NCBI GenBank assembly: GCA_964195735.1
Contig: CAXMQY010000056.1
Span: forward strand, 1,503-65,502
DNA from: an uncultured Haliangium sp.
GTDB taxonomy: Bacteria; Pseudomonadota; Gammaproteobacteria; GCA-001735895
DNA: 64,000 nt
Reading direction: 5' to 3'
Below the pieces are notes generated by a model. It worked only from the letters and a program-made list of their open reading frames with translations. It made no database searches and was not told where the DNA came from. The position numbers and the translations under genes are program-made. Positions 1 to 8,949 of this stretch are shown here, in pieces (position 1 is the first letter of the stretch; the number at the start of each line of letters is the position of its first letter).

Positions 1-414
1 TTGTTGTCGGCATCCGGCATACCCACGGCGGGCAAGATGGTGATCGGTACGGTCAAGGGCGATATCCACGATATCGGCAAGAACCTGGTGTGCATGATGA
101 TGGAAGGCGCTGGCTTCGAAGTCTTTGATCTCGGCATCAATACCCCGGTGGAAGATTTTCTCGCCGCGCTGGAAGAACACAAGCCCGAAATTCTTGGCAT
201 GTCGGCGCTGCTGACCACGACCATGCCCTACATGAAAGTCGTTATCGATACCATGAAAGAGCAGGGTATTCGTGACGATTACATCATCCTGGTCGGTGGC
301 GCACCACTCAACCAGGAATTCGGTGACGCCATCGGAGCCAATGCCTATTGCCGTGATGCCGCGGTTGCCGCCGACACCGCCAAGCAACTCGTCGCCGAGA
401 TGCGCGCCGGTTAG
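1..414 (+). CDS. B12-binding corrinoid protein, C-terminal part (5' end lies outside the window). Probably the cognate corrinoid protein of the MttB-family methyltransferase.
   Basis: The translation carries the cobalamin-binding Rossmann motif DIHDIGKNLV...ILGMSALLTTTM...ILVGGAPLN, typical of MtmC/MtbC/MtgC corrinoid proteins. The ORF is open at position 1. Confidence 0.85.
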   Translation: MLSASGIPTAGKMVIGTVKGDIHDIGKNLVCMMMEGAGFEVFDLGINTPVEDFLAALEEHKPEILGMSALLTTTMPYMKVVIDTMKEQGIRDDYIILVGGAPLNQEFGDAIGANAYCRDAAVAADTAKQLVAEMRAG

Positions 415-445
415 CACGCCGGGGACTGGCTGCTGGTGTCAATGC

Positions 446-1060
446 GTGGAAAATTCGGCCCCCATTCTGGTAATAACCTGCGCGGCGATTGCGCGCGAAG
501 TTAACGAGATCAAGAAGCTCGGGCAATGGTCGCAAATGGACTTGCAGGCGATCACCGCCGACCTGCACTCGCGCCCTGAGAAAATCGCACCTGCGGTTGC
601 CCGCAAGATCGATGAGGCACGCGACCAGTACGAGCACATCTTCGTCGCTTACGGCGATTGTGGCACCAGCGGCGAACTCGACAGGGTACTCGAGGAACGC
701 GGCGTCAAGCGCTTGCCCGGCGCACACTGCTACGATTTCCTGGCCGGACGCGAGCGCTATGAGCAAATGCAGGAAGAAGAACCCGGCAGTTTTTACCTGA
801 CCGATTTCCTGACCCAGCATTTCCAGCGGCTGGTCATCGAGATACTTGGCATCGACCGGCATCCGGAATTGCTGGAAATGTATTTCGGCAATTACACGCG
901 CCTGGTGTATCTCGCGCAAACCGATTCGCCGGAATTGACCGAGATGGCGCGCGCCGCGGCGGAGCAGCTGGGGTTGCGCTTCGAACGCGTGTTTACCGGC
1001 ATGGGCGAAATGGTGCCGGAACTGGGCGCGGCCATGCAGGAGGCGATGTGGCGCAGCTGA
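446..1060 (+). CDS. DUF1638 domain protein (commonly encoded beside corrinoid protein/methyltransferase genes)
   Basis: The ORF-track ORF 272..1060 overlaps the corrinoid gene in another frame. The first in-frame start after that gene's stop is GTG at 446, giving V/M-ENSAPILVITCAAIAREV, a DUF1638-like N-terminus. Confidence 0.65.
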   Translation: MENSAPILVITCAAIAREVNEIKKLGQWSQMDLQAITADLHSRPEKIAPAVARKIDEARDQYEHIFVAYGDCGTSGELDRVLEERGVKRLPGAHCYDFLAGRERYEQMQEEEPGSFYLTDFLTQHFQRLVIEILGIDRHPELLEMYFGNYTRLVYLAQTDSPELTEMARAAAEQLGLRFERVFTGMGEMVPELGAAMQEAMWRS

Positions 1061-1362
1061 GAATCGTCTACTGGCGCGATATTCCGGGGCGCGTGGTGAT
1101 CCGTGAAGGTCGTCGCAGCACCCGCCTGAACCTGTCAGCACGCTTCATGCATGCGATTGAGCGTGCCGCGTATCGCCTCAAGAAGCAGCAGAAAGATGCG
1201 ATGTTCGAGCCCTGGCACGATGTCAGTCAAGCCCTTGACGGCGACATTCGTGAACAGGCCCGGGCATTGTTGCTGCAGCTCGAGGAACACTACACGGAAG
1301 AAGTCCTGGAAACCCTGATTCGAGCCAGCGGTATCGATGAATCGCGTGGCCTTAGCCACTGA
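1048..1362 (+). CDS. hypothetical small protein (104 aa), overlapping the DUF1638 stop
   Basis: ORF in operon context with a 13-nt overlap of the upstream gene. I recognise no domain. Confidence 0.4.
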   Translation: MAQLRIVYWRDIPGRVVIREGRRSTRLNLSARFMHAIERAAYRLKKQQKDAMFEPWHDVSQALDGDIREQARALLLQLEEHYTEEVLETLIRASGIDESRGLSH

Positions 1363-1395
1363 TATAGAGCCACTGATATAGAGCCACTGAATAGA
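1353..1395. repeat. short tandem repeat, about 3 copies of GCCACTGATATAGA, in the intergenic region before metV
   Basis: Direct reading: ttagccactgatatagagccactgatatagagccactgaataga. Confidence 0.6.
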
Positions 1396-1399
1396 ACCC

Positions 1400-1870
1400 A
1401 TGTATATTATTCGTAAATGGTCGGTAACCCATTCGCGCAAGCTGGAAGCGCTGTACCGTAATTTCGAGCCGGCCTTGATGCGGCTGCACCCGCTGTTCAA
1501 GGCGCTCGGCTACGGGCGCCTTGAGACACCTGTGCGCGTGATCGAAAAAGCCGTCAAGAGCCTGATGTTCGATTGCCAGATGTGCGGTAAGTGCGCGCTC
1601 GGTTCCACCGGCATGTCCTGCCCGATGAACTGCCCGAAATCGATTCGCAACGGACCCTGTGGCGGCGTACGCCTGGACGGTCACTGCGAGGTCAAGCCGG
1701 AGATGCGTTGCGTCTGGGTCGAAGCCTGGCGCGGCAGTCAGCAGATGCGCGACTCGCAGGCCATCCGCCAGGTGCAAATACCGGTGGATAATCTGCTAAA
1801 GGGGAGTTCGTCGTGGTTGCGCGAGGTGCGTGAACAGCAGGCGGCACAGGAAACCGAGGCTAGTCAATGA
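1400..1870 (+). CDS. metV: MetV-like zinc-ribbon protein (methylene-THF reductase C-terminal-domain family, PF12225-like). Partner subunit of acetogen-type MetF.
   Basis: Cys-rich motifs CQMCGKCALGSTGMSCPMNCPKSIRNGPCGG. Its stop overlaps the start of the downstream metF (ATGA). Confidence 0.7.
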   Translation: MYIIRKWSVTHSRKLEALYRNFEPALMRLHPLFKALGYGRLETPVRVIEKAVKSLMFDCQMCGKCALGSTGMSCPMNCPKSIRNGPCGGVRLDGHCEVKPEMRCVWVEAWRGSQQMRDSQAIRQVQIPVDNLLKGSSSWLREVREQQAAQETEASQ

Positions 1871-2874
1871 ACGCGCCTTACGATCAGAATCCGGACAACC
1901 CGCTGCCGCAACTGGATGGGCATAGTTCGACCGGGCGACTCGAGCGCGTGTTGCGCGCCGGCCAATTCGTGGTCACCGCGGAGCTGGCGCCGCCGGATTC
2001 GGCGCTGGCCGCGGACGTCTACGAGCGCGCGCGCCTGTTCGACGGCTATGTCGATGGCATGAACGCTACCGACGGTTCGGGCGCACATTGCCACATGTCG
2101 AGTGTCGCCATGTGCGCGCTGCTGACCAACGTTGGTTACTCGCCGGTGCTGCAGATTTCCTGTCGCGACAAGAATCGCATCGCCATCCAGGGAGACGTGC
2201 TTGGCGCGGCGGCAATGGGCGTATCCAACGTGCTCTGCCTGAGCGGCGACGGCGTGCAGGTGGGTGACCACCCCGAGGCCAAGCCGGTGTTCGACCTGGA
2301 CAGCATGTCACTGCTCGAAACCATCCGCATCATGCGCGATGAATCGCGTTTTCTCAGCGGCCGACCGATTACCTCGCCGCCACAGATGTTTCTCGGTGCG
2401 GCCGAGAACCCGAGCGCGCCACCGATCGACTTTCGCCCCTACCGGCTGGCAAAAAAAATTGCCGCCGGTGCGCAGTTCATCCAGACCCAGTATATTTACG
2501 ATATCGAGCAGTTCCGCGATTTCATGGCGGCTGCGCGCGATCTCGGCTTACTGGAGCAGTGCTTCATATTGCCCGGTGTGGGACCGTTGGCGTCAGCGCG
2601 CACGGCCCTGTGGATTCGCAACAACGTACCCGGCATTCATATTCCTGACGCGGTAATCAAGCGACTGGAAGGTGCCGAGCAACCGAAGCTGGAGGGCCGC
2701 AAGATCTGTGTCGAACTGATCCAGCAGATTCGCGAGATCGAAGGGGTTAGTGGCGTACACATCATGGCCTATCGCCAGGAAGAGGCGGTCGGTGAAATCG
2801 TTCGGCAATCGGGCGTGCTGGCAGGGCGGACACCCTGGTACCCGGGTTGCGAGGTTCAGACCGGCGTTGCCTGA
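1867..2874 (+). CDS. metF: methylenetetrahydrofolate reductase (MetF, acetogen/methyltransferase-operon type)
   Basis: FVVTAELAPP...SCRDKNR...GVSNVLCLSGDG motifs of MTHFR. Translationally coupled to metV. Confidence 0.85.
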   Translation: MNAPYDQNPDNPLPQLDGHSSTGRLERVLRAGQFVVTAELAPPDSALAADVYERARLFDGYVDGMNATDGSGAHCHMSSVAMCALLTNVGYSPVLQISCRDKNRIAIQGDVLGAAAMGVSNVLCLSGDGVQVGDHPEAKPVFDLDSMSLLETIRIMRDESRFLSGRPITSPPQMFLGAAENPSAPPIDFRPYRLAKKIAAGAQFIQTQYIYDIEQFRDFMAAARDLGLLEQCFILPGVGPLASARTALWIRNNVPGIHIPDAVIKRLEGAEQPKLEGRKICVELIQQIREIEGVSGVHIMAYRQEEAVGEIVRQSGVLAGRTPWYPGCEVQTGVA

Positions 2875-2929
2875 GATGGCGCCGCTGCTGATTTTAATTT
2901 GCATTTAGAGAGATTGTGAGGAAATTACA

Positions 2930-3841
2930 ATGACCGAAACGGTTGTCAGCTCTGCCACCAGAGAACTCGTCATCGGATTCGAGCGCCCCTTCGTGCTGAT
3001 CGGGGAACGCATCAATCCCACTGGCCGCAAGATCATGGCCGAGGAAATGAAGGTCGGCGACTATAGTCGCGTACAAAGCGATGCGCTTGCACAGGTTGCG
3101 GCGGGTGCGCACATGCTCGATGTCAACGCCGGCATTCCGCTCGCGGACGAGCCGCGCATCCTGGCAGAAGCGATTCAGCTGGTGCAAAGCCTGACCGACG
3201 TGCCGCTCTCAATCGATTCGTCGATTATCGACGCGCTCGAAGCAGGCCTCGCCGTCTACCAGGGCAAGGCCCTGGTCAACTCGGTTACAGGCGAAGACGA
3301 AAGCCTCGACCGGGTACTGCCACTGGTGAAAAAGCACGGTGCCGCGGTGGTCGCCATATCGAACGACGAGACCGGTATATCCGAAGACATCAACGAGCGT
3401 TACAAGGTAGCGAAAAAGATTGTCGAACGCGCAGCCGACTACGGAATTCCGGCTTGCGACGTCGTCGTCGATCCGCTGGTCATGCCGATCGGCGCGATCA
3501 ACAGTGCCGGACGCGAAGTCCTCAAACTGATTCATCGCCTGCGCACCGAGCTCAAGGTCAACACCACCTGCGGTGCATCCAACGTCAGCTTCGGGCTGCC
3601 CAATCGTAACGGTTTCAACGGCGCCTTCATCAGTATGGCGATCCAGGCGGGCATGACTTCGGCGATTACCAACCCGCTGCACGCCGAGGTCGTCGCCGCC
3701 AGCCTGGGAGCGGATGTCATGCTCGGCAAGGACCCCGATTGCGCGCGCTGGATCAGGCAATTCCGCGAACCTGCGCCGGAAGGAACCCTTGCGCGCGGTA
3801 CCGGCCGTCGCGCCGGTCGTCGCCGTCGTCCCGCCGCGTGA
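2930..3841 (+). CDS. methyltetrahydrofolate:corrinoid methyltransferase (pterin-binding domain, MtgA/AcsE/MtrH-like)
   Basis: Pterin-binding fold motifs FVLIGERINPTGRK...MLDVNAG...NSV...TCGASNVSFGLP, as in the MetH pterin domain and AcsE. Confidence 0.8.
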   Translation: MTETVVSSATRELVIGFERPFVLIGERINPTGRKIMAEEMKVGDYSRVQSDALAQVAAGAHMLDVNAGIPLADEPRILAEAIQLVQSLTDVPLSIDSSIIDALEAGLAVYQGKALVNSVTGEDESLDRVLPLVKKHGAAVVAISNDETGISEDINERYKVAKKIVERAADYGIPACDVVVDPLVMPIGAINSAGREVLKLIHRLRTELKVNTTCGASNVSFGLPNRNGFNGAFISMAIQAGMTSAITNPLHAEVVAASLGADVMLGKDPDCARWIRQFREPAPEGTLARGTGRRAGRRRRPAA

Positions 3842-3850
3842 GGAAATAAC

Positions 3851-5890
3851 TTGGATTCCGAGCAGGCCAGTATCGAAGAAGTCAGCGTGCTGTTCATGCC
3901 CTCGGGCCTGCGCGGGCAAGTGCCGGTTGGCACCACGGTATTGCAGGCCGCGCAACGCCTCGGCGTCGATCTGGAATCGATTTGTGGCGGCCAGGGTAAA
4001 TGCCGCAAGTGCCAGGTACTGCCGCAGCAAGGCGAGTTCGCCAAGCACGGCATCGTTTCACGCGCCGAGCATCTTTCCGAACTGAGCGCGACCGAGTTGA
4101 TGCAGCAGTCGAAGAATCGCCTCAAGAACGGGCGTCGGCTGGGCTGCAACGCGCGTATTCTCGGCGACCTCGTGGTGGACGTACCCGAGGAAAGCCAGCA
4201 GCACAAACAGCACATCGCCAAGGCGATAACCGCCTACGATATCCAGGTGCAACCCGCGGTGCACCTGTACACGGTAACCCTGCCCGAACCCGACATGCAC
4301 TCGCCGATCTCGGATAAACGCCGCCTGCAACAGGCGCTGGTCGAGGATTTCGACCTGCCGGTGATGGATTGCGAGTTATCACAATTGCGACTGTTGCAAC
4401 CGGCGCTGGCGAAAGGCAAGCGTCAGATCACGGTCGCGGTTTACCAGTTCCAGCAAATTGTCGCCATCTGGCCGGGCGTCAGGAAGGAAGCATACGGGCT
4501 CGCGGTCGATCTCGGATCCACCACCATCGCGGCACAGCTGTGCAACCTGGTCACCGGGGAAGTGGTGGCCACCGCTGACACCATGAATCCGCAGATTCGC
4601 TTTGGCGAAGATTTGATGAGCCGCGTTTCCTACGTGATGATGAACGAAGGCGGCGATGTGGCGATGACGCAGGTGGTGCGTGAGGCCTTCAACCTACTCG
4701 CGAAACGCGCCGTGAAAAAGGCCGGAATTCAACTGGAAGACATTCTCGACATGGTCGTGGTCGCCAACCCGATCATGCACCACCTGTTTCTCGGTATCGA
4801 CCCGACTCCGCTGGGAACGGCCCCGTTTGCGTTGACCACCGACCAGATCCAGGTGCTGCGCGCGGCCGATATCGACATCCAGCTGCACGCGGAAGCCCGG
4901 ATCTGTACCTTGCCCTGTATCGCCGGTCACATCGGTGCCGATACCGCCGGCGTGATCCTGTCGGAGCGCCCGGATCTCGCCGAGGAACACGTGCTGCTGG
5001 TCGACGTTGGCACCAATGCCGAGATCGTGCTTGGTAACCGCAATCGCCTGCTGGCCGCGTCGAGCCCGACCGGGCCTGCATTCGAGGGTGCTCAGATCAG
5101 CGCCGGGCAACGCGCCGCTCCGGGCGCTATCGAACGCGTGCGCATTGATCCGGAAACTCTGGAACCGCGTTTTCGCGTCATCGGCTGCGAAGCCTGGTCG
5201 GACGATCCGGATTTCGCCGAAAAGAGCGCTCGCGTCGGTGTCAGCGGCATTTGCGGTTCGGGAATTATCGAAGTGATCGCGGAAATGTACCTCGCCAGGG
5301 TTATCGATGAGGATGGTGTTATCGGTCTGGTAGACGGCAAGCCCAGCGAGCGCATCGTCGCCGACGGCCGTACTTATTCCTATGTCATTCGCGAGGGCGA
5401 ACGCCCGATTCGAATTACGCAAAACGACGTGCGCGCTATTCAGCTGGGCAAGGCGGCGCTACATGCCGGCACGCGCCTGCTGCTCGATCACATGGGAATC
5501 GACAAGGTCGACCGCATCGGCCTGGCCGGCGCATTCGGCAGCCACATCGATGTCAAGTACGCGATGGTACTGGGCATGATTCCAGACTGTGACCTCGACA
5601 AGGTCGGTTCGGTTGGCAATGCCGCCGGCACCGGCGCGCGCATCGCCTTGCTGAACTTTCCGTCACGCCGCGAGATCTCTGAAATTTTGCCCAAGGTAGA
5701 AAAGATCGAAACCGCGATCGAGCCGAAATTCCAGGAGTACTTCATCGACGCCATGGCGATACCGCACAAGACCGACCGCTTCGAGGAATTGTCCCGCTTC
5801 GTCACGCTGCCCGCCCCGAAGCCAAAAGCGGAAACCAATCTCGGCGATGAACGGAAACGGCGTTCGCGTCGCCGGCGCAATAGAGCCTAG
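3851..5890 (+). CDS. corrinoid reductive activation enzyme (RamA-like). N-terminal 2Fe-2S ferredoxin domain plus ASKHA ATPase (DUF4445).
   Basis: N-terminal CGGQGKCRKC plant-type ferredoxin motif. The large C-terminal domain carries GxDxGTT (AVDLGSTTIAAQL) ASKHA signatures and the length is about 680 aa. Confidence 0.8.
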   Translation: MDSEQASIEEVSVLFMPSGLRGQVPVGTTVLQAAQRLGVDLESICGGQGKCRKCQVLPQQGEFAKHGIVSRAEHLSELSATELMQQSKNRLKNGRRLGCNARILGDLVVDVPEESQQHKQHIAKAITAYDIQVQPAVHLYTVTLPEPDMHSPISDKRRLQQALVEDFDLPVMDCELSQLRLLQPALAKGKRQITVAVYQFQQIVAIWPGVRKEAYGLAVDLGSTTIAAQLCNLVTGEVVATADTMNPQIRFGEDLMSRVSYVMMNEGGDVAMTQVVREAFNLLAKRAVKKAGIQLEDILDMVVVANPIMHHLFLGIDPTPLGTAPFALTTDQIQVLRAADIDIQLHAEARICTLPCIAGHIGADTAGVILSERPDLAEEHVLLVDVGTNAEIVLGNRNRLLAASSPTGPAFEGAQISAGQRAAPGAIERVRIDPETLEPRFRVIGCEAWSDDPDFAEKSARVGVSGICGSGIIEVIAEMYLARVIDEDGVIGLVDGKPSERIVADGRTYSYVIREGERPIRITQNDVRAIQLGKAALHAGTRLLLDHMGIDKVDRIGLAGAFGSHIDVKYAMVLGMIPDCDLDKVGSVGNAAGTGARIALLNFPSRREISEILPKVEKIETAIEPKFQEYFIDAMAIPHKTDRFEELSRFVTLPAPKPKAETNLGDERKRRSRRRRNRA

Positions 5891-5905
5891 CCCGCGAGGT
5901 CTCGC

Positions 5906-6913
5906 CTAGCTTGCGAGGTTAGAGTCTTCGCTTGCCGACTTGAGCTGCAGTTTGCGGCGTTCGTCGCGCGGTGGAATGCCGAACAGGTCGCGGTAGCACT
6001 TGCTGAAATGCGGCGCCGATATAAAGCCGCAGGCGAGTGCGATATCGACGATCGATTTACTGGTCTGCAACAACAACAGGCGCGCGCGGTTGAGGCGCAG
6101 GTTGAGGTAATAGCGTGTCGGCACGCAATTCAGATGTTTTTGAAACAGGCGTTCCAGCTGGCGCCTGGAAATGCCGACATAATTGGATAGCTCGTCGAGG
6201 CTGATCGGTTCTTCGATATTGGCCTCCATCAGGGTCACCGCCTCGGTCAACTTGGGCTGGTTCGATCCCAGCGCCAGGTGCAGCGGAATGCGCTGACGGT
6301 CATCCGAGCTGCGAATCCGCTCGCACATGAATTGCTCCGAGATATGCGTGACCATCTTGTTGCCATGGCGATCGTTGATCAGCTTCAGCATCATGTCCAT
6401 CGACGCTTGCCCACCGGCGCTGGTAATGCGATCGCGATCGATCAGGAACAAGTCGTCCGATACCTGGACCGACGGAAACTCTTCGCGCAGGCTGGCGATG
6501 TTCTCCCAGTGAATCGTGCACTTGTAACCGTCCAGCAGACCGGCACGCGCGAGCAGATAGCTGCCGGTACAGAGCGCTCCGAGTTTCACATTGTTGCGCT
6601 TGGCGATGCGTCGTAACGCAAATTGCAATTGTCGCGACCAGGCCTCGGCGATATCGGCGCCGCCACAGACGAACAGGATGTTGATGTCATTGGCGTTTTC
6701 GATACTGCCATCGGGCGTGATTTCGAGCCCGTTACTGGCTTTTTCGGCGAGGCCGTCAATGGTGTAAACACTCCATCGATAAAGCTCCCTGCCGGCATTG
6801 CGATTGGCCATGCGCAGGGGCTCGATGGCGGACGAGAACGCAATCATTGAGTAATTGGGAACCTGCAGGAAGCCAAAATGCTCAGGTTTGCTTGTGGAGT
6901 TTTCGTCACTCAT
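5906..6913 (-). CDS. GlxA/GbdR-family AraC-type transcriptional regulator (DJ-1/PfpI-like N-terminal domain plus AraC HTH)
   Basis: LFVCGG...GALCTGSYLLARAGLLDG..HW motif of the DJ-1-like domain. The C-terminal AraC HTH ends in RYYLNLRL..AR.LL. It resembles betaine/choline/carnitine-responsive GbdR/CdhR regulators. Confidence 0.85.
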   Translation of the reverse strand: MSDENSTSKPEHFGFLQVPNYSMIAFSSAIEPLRMANRNAGRELYRWSVYTIDGLAEKASNGLEITPDGSIENANDINILFVCGGADIAEAWSRQLQFALRRIAKRNNVKLGALCTGSYLLARAGLLDGYKCTIHWENIASLREEFPSVQVSDDLFLIDRDRITSAGGQASMDMMLKLINDRHGNKMVTHISEQFMCERIRSSDDRQRIPLHLALGSNQPKLTEAVTLMEANIEEPISLDELSNYVGISRRQLERLFQKHLNCVPTRYYLNLRLNRARLLLLQTSKSIVDIALACGFISAPHFSKCYRDLFGIPPRDERRKLQLKSASEDSNLAS

Positions 6914-7040
6914 AGGGCTGATTGTAGCGAAATGCGGGCAGCGAAGGGCTTCCCGAGTCCAATCGGCCAGAATACTAGACGCTAAACTTCACCAATGCAC
7001 GACATTTTTGGCCAGCAAAAAGCCAGTTACTGTCATTCCC

Positions 7041-7115
7041 GCGCACGCGGCCCACTGCGCGGGAACGACGCCTAATTCTGTCATTCCCGCGAAAGCGGGA
7101 ATCTCATAACAAGTT
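7041..7115. repeat. REP-like hairpin pair (family 2). TGTCATTCCCGCGCA-N10-TGCGCGGGAACGA and TGTCATTCCCGCG-AAAG-CGGGAATC.
   Basis: Two stem-loops share the 5' TGTCATTCCCGCG arm. They sit between the regulator and the MttB gene, and related copies occur at 23139-23228. Confidence 0.55.
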
Positions 7116-7218
7116 GATCACAGGTAGCACTGGGAATTTGTAAGATCCCCGTTTGCACGGCGGTCCGCCGAAGCGGGATGACTTTTTTGGGGTGGGGCGC
7201 TTTATGCGCCCAGATTGT

Positions 7219-8808
7219 TTATACCATTGAATCGGGCATGGAGGACTTGCGCTGATCGATGTAGGCGAGCAGGGCTTCATCGATGGCCGGGTCAATCGCG
7301 GGTGCCTGGTACTCGGCGAGCAGTTTCTTGTAACGCGCGTTGCAACGCTGCGCATGGTCGAGACTGCCTTCCGATTGCCATTGCTCGTAGCTGTTATTGT
7401 CGGTAATCGGCGAACGGTAAAACGCGGTCTTGAAATTATTCTGCGTGTGATTACAGCCGAGAAAATGCACCCCGGGGCCGACCTCGCGGATGGCATCCAT
7501 CGCCTGTCCGTTCTCGGACAAGTCGACGCCGCCCATCAGGATTTCCATCATCGCTGCCTGATCGGTGTCCATGATGAATTTTTCGTATCCCATGGAGAGC
7601 CCGCCTTCCAGCCAGCCAGCGGTGTGTAACACGAAATTGACCCCGGCCATGACTGCCGGCTGCAGCGTGGCCGCAGACTCGTAGGCCGCCTGCGCATCGG
7701 GCAGCTTGGAACCGCACAGGCCACCACCGGAGCGGAAGGGTACGCCAAGGCGGCGCGCCAGCGCGGCCATCACGTAGAGTACAAGTGCCGGTTCGGGCGT
7801 GCCGAAAGTGGGTGCGCCCGATTGCATGGACATCGAACTGGCGAAGCTGCCGAAGATAACCGGTGCACCCGGGTTGACCAGTTGTACGAAGGTTATGCCG
7901 GCGAGCGCCTCGGCGAGTGACTGCGCCGCGGTGCCTGCCACGGTCACCGGCGACATCGCGCCAGCCAGGATAAACGGGGTGATGATCGTCGCCTGGTTGT
8001 TCTCCGCGTAGACCTTGGCGGCGCCGAGCATGGTGTCGTCAAATGTCATCGGCGAATTAGCGTTGATCAGGCTGGTTGCGTAGGTACGTGGTCGCCCGGT
8101 AGCCGGGTCGAGGTAGTTTTCGCCGGCGAGGATTTTGATCATTTCGACGGTATCCTGCGCGCGCGCAGGCGCCGTCACCGAACCCATGAAAGCCTTGTCG
8201 GAGTACTTGATGTGCGAGTAAATCATGTCGAGGTGGCGCTTGTTCACCGGTACATCAACCGGTTCGCATATGGTGCCGCCGGAAAGGTGCATGCTTGGCG
8301 AAACGTAAGCCAGTTTGACGAAGTTCTGAAAGTCCTCCAGCGTCGCATAGCGGCGGCCCTTGTCGAGGTCGTAGACGAACGGGCTGCCGTAGGCCGGCAC
8401 GAAAACCGTGTTCTTGCCACCGATCTGGACATTGCGTTCTGCATTACGCGCGTGCTGGGTGTATTCGGCGGGCGCCGACGCCTGGATGATGGAGCGGCAC
8501 AGGCCGCGTGGAAAGCGCACCCGCACGCCGTCGATTTCGGCGCCGCCCTGCTTGAGGATATCCAGCGCTTCCGGCATATCGCGAAACTCGATACCGATCT
8601 CTTCCAGTATCGTGTCCGCGTTGTTTTCGATCAGTTGCAGCCCCTCCTCATCGAGCACTTCGAAGAAAGGTATCTTGCGCTTGACATAGGGTGCGCTTTT
8701 GGTGACCACGGTAACGCCAGCACGACGCGCATCGCGTCCGCCACGCCCGCGTCTGCCGCGTACTGATCGATTTTCTTGGCTCATTGGGAGCTCCTGGTAA
8801 GCTTGCAA
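7219..8808 (-). CDS. MttB-superfamily (non-pyrrolysine) methyltransferase. Glycine betaine/quaternary amine:corrinoid methyltransferase (MtgB/MtcB/MtpB-like).
   Basis: A 529-aa TIM-barrel MttB-family protein (COG5598-like) with no in-frame amber codon. It is co-localised with corrinoid protein, MtgA-like, RamA-like and MetFV genes. Confidence 0.9.
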   Translation of the reverse strand: MQAYQELPMSQENRSVRGRRGRGGRDARRAGVTVVTKSAPYVKRKIPFFEVLDEEGLQLIENNADTILEEIGIEFRDMPEALDILKQGGAEIDGVRVRFPRGLCRSIIQASAPAEYTQHARNAERNVQIGGKNTVFVPAYGSPFVYDLDKGRRYATLEDFQNFVKLAYVSPSMHLSGGTICEPVDVPVNKRHLDMIYSHIKYSDKAFMGSVTAPARAQDTVEMIKILAGENYLDPATGRPRTYATSLINANSPMTFDDTMLGAAKVYAENNQATIITPFILAGAMSPVTVAGTAAQSLAEALAGITFVQLVNPGAPVIFGSFASSMSMQSGAPTFGTPEPALVLYVMAALARRLGVPFRSGGGLCGSKLPDAQAAYESAATLQPAVMAGVNFVLHTAGWLEGGLSMGYEKFIMDTDQAAMMEILMGGVDLSENGQAMDAIREVGPGVHFLGCNHTQNNFKTAFYRSPITDNNSYEQWQSEGSLDHAQRCNARYKKLLAEYQAPAIDPAIDEALLAYIDQRKSSMPDSMV

Positions 8809-8949
8809 TAGGTCGGAACAATAGGCCAGTATGGTTTTAGGTGATTTCGCGAGCTAACCTAAGGGCGACTCTGAACTATTTGCCCGCGCCATCGGGTTTC
8901 GTGCGAATCGGCGTACTGGCAAGTTGTGCATGGAGGTTAATAAGTTAGA

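Noticed and set aside
272-445. N-terminal extension of the DUF1638 ORF overlapping the corrinoid protein gene in another frame
   Set aside because: It overlaps a confidently identified B12-binding domain CDS. A GTG at 446 yields a canonical DUF1638 N-terminus.
308-1141. 277-aa minus-strand ORF antisense to the DUF1638 gene
   Set aside because: Arg/Ala/Gly-rich translation with no domain. It is a typical spurious antisense ORF in high-GC DNA.
3209-4221. Minus-strand ORFs (279 aa and 229 aa) antisense to the mtgA-like and ramA-like genes
   Set aside because: Opposite-strand shadows of strongly supported CDSs, with low-complexity composition.
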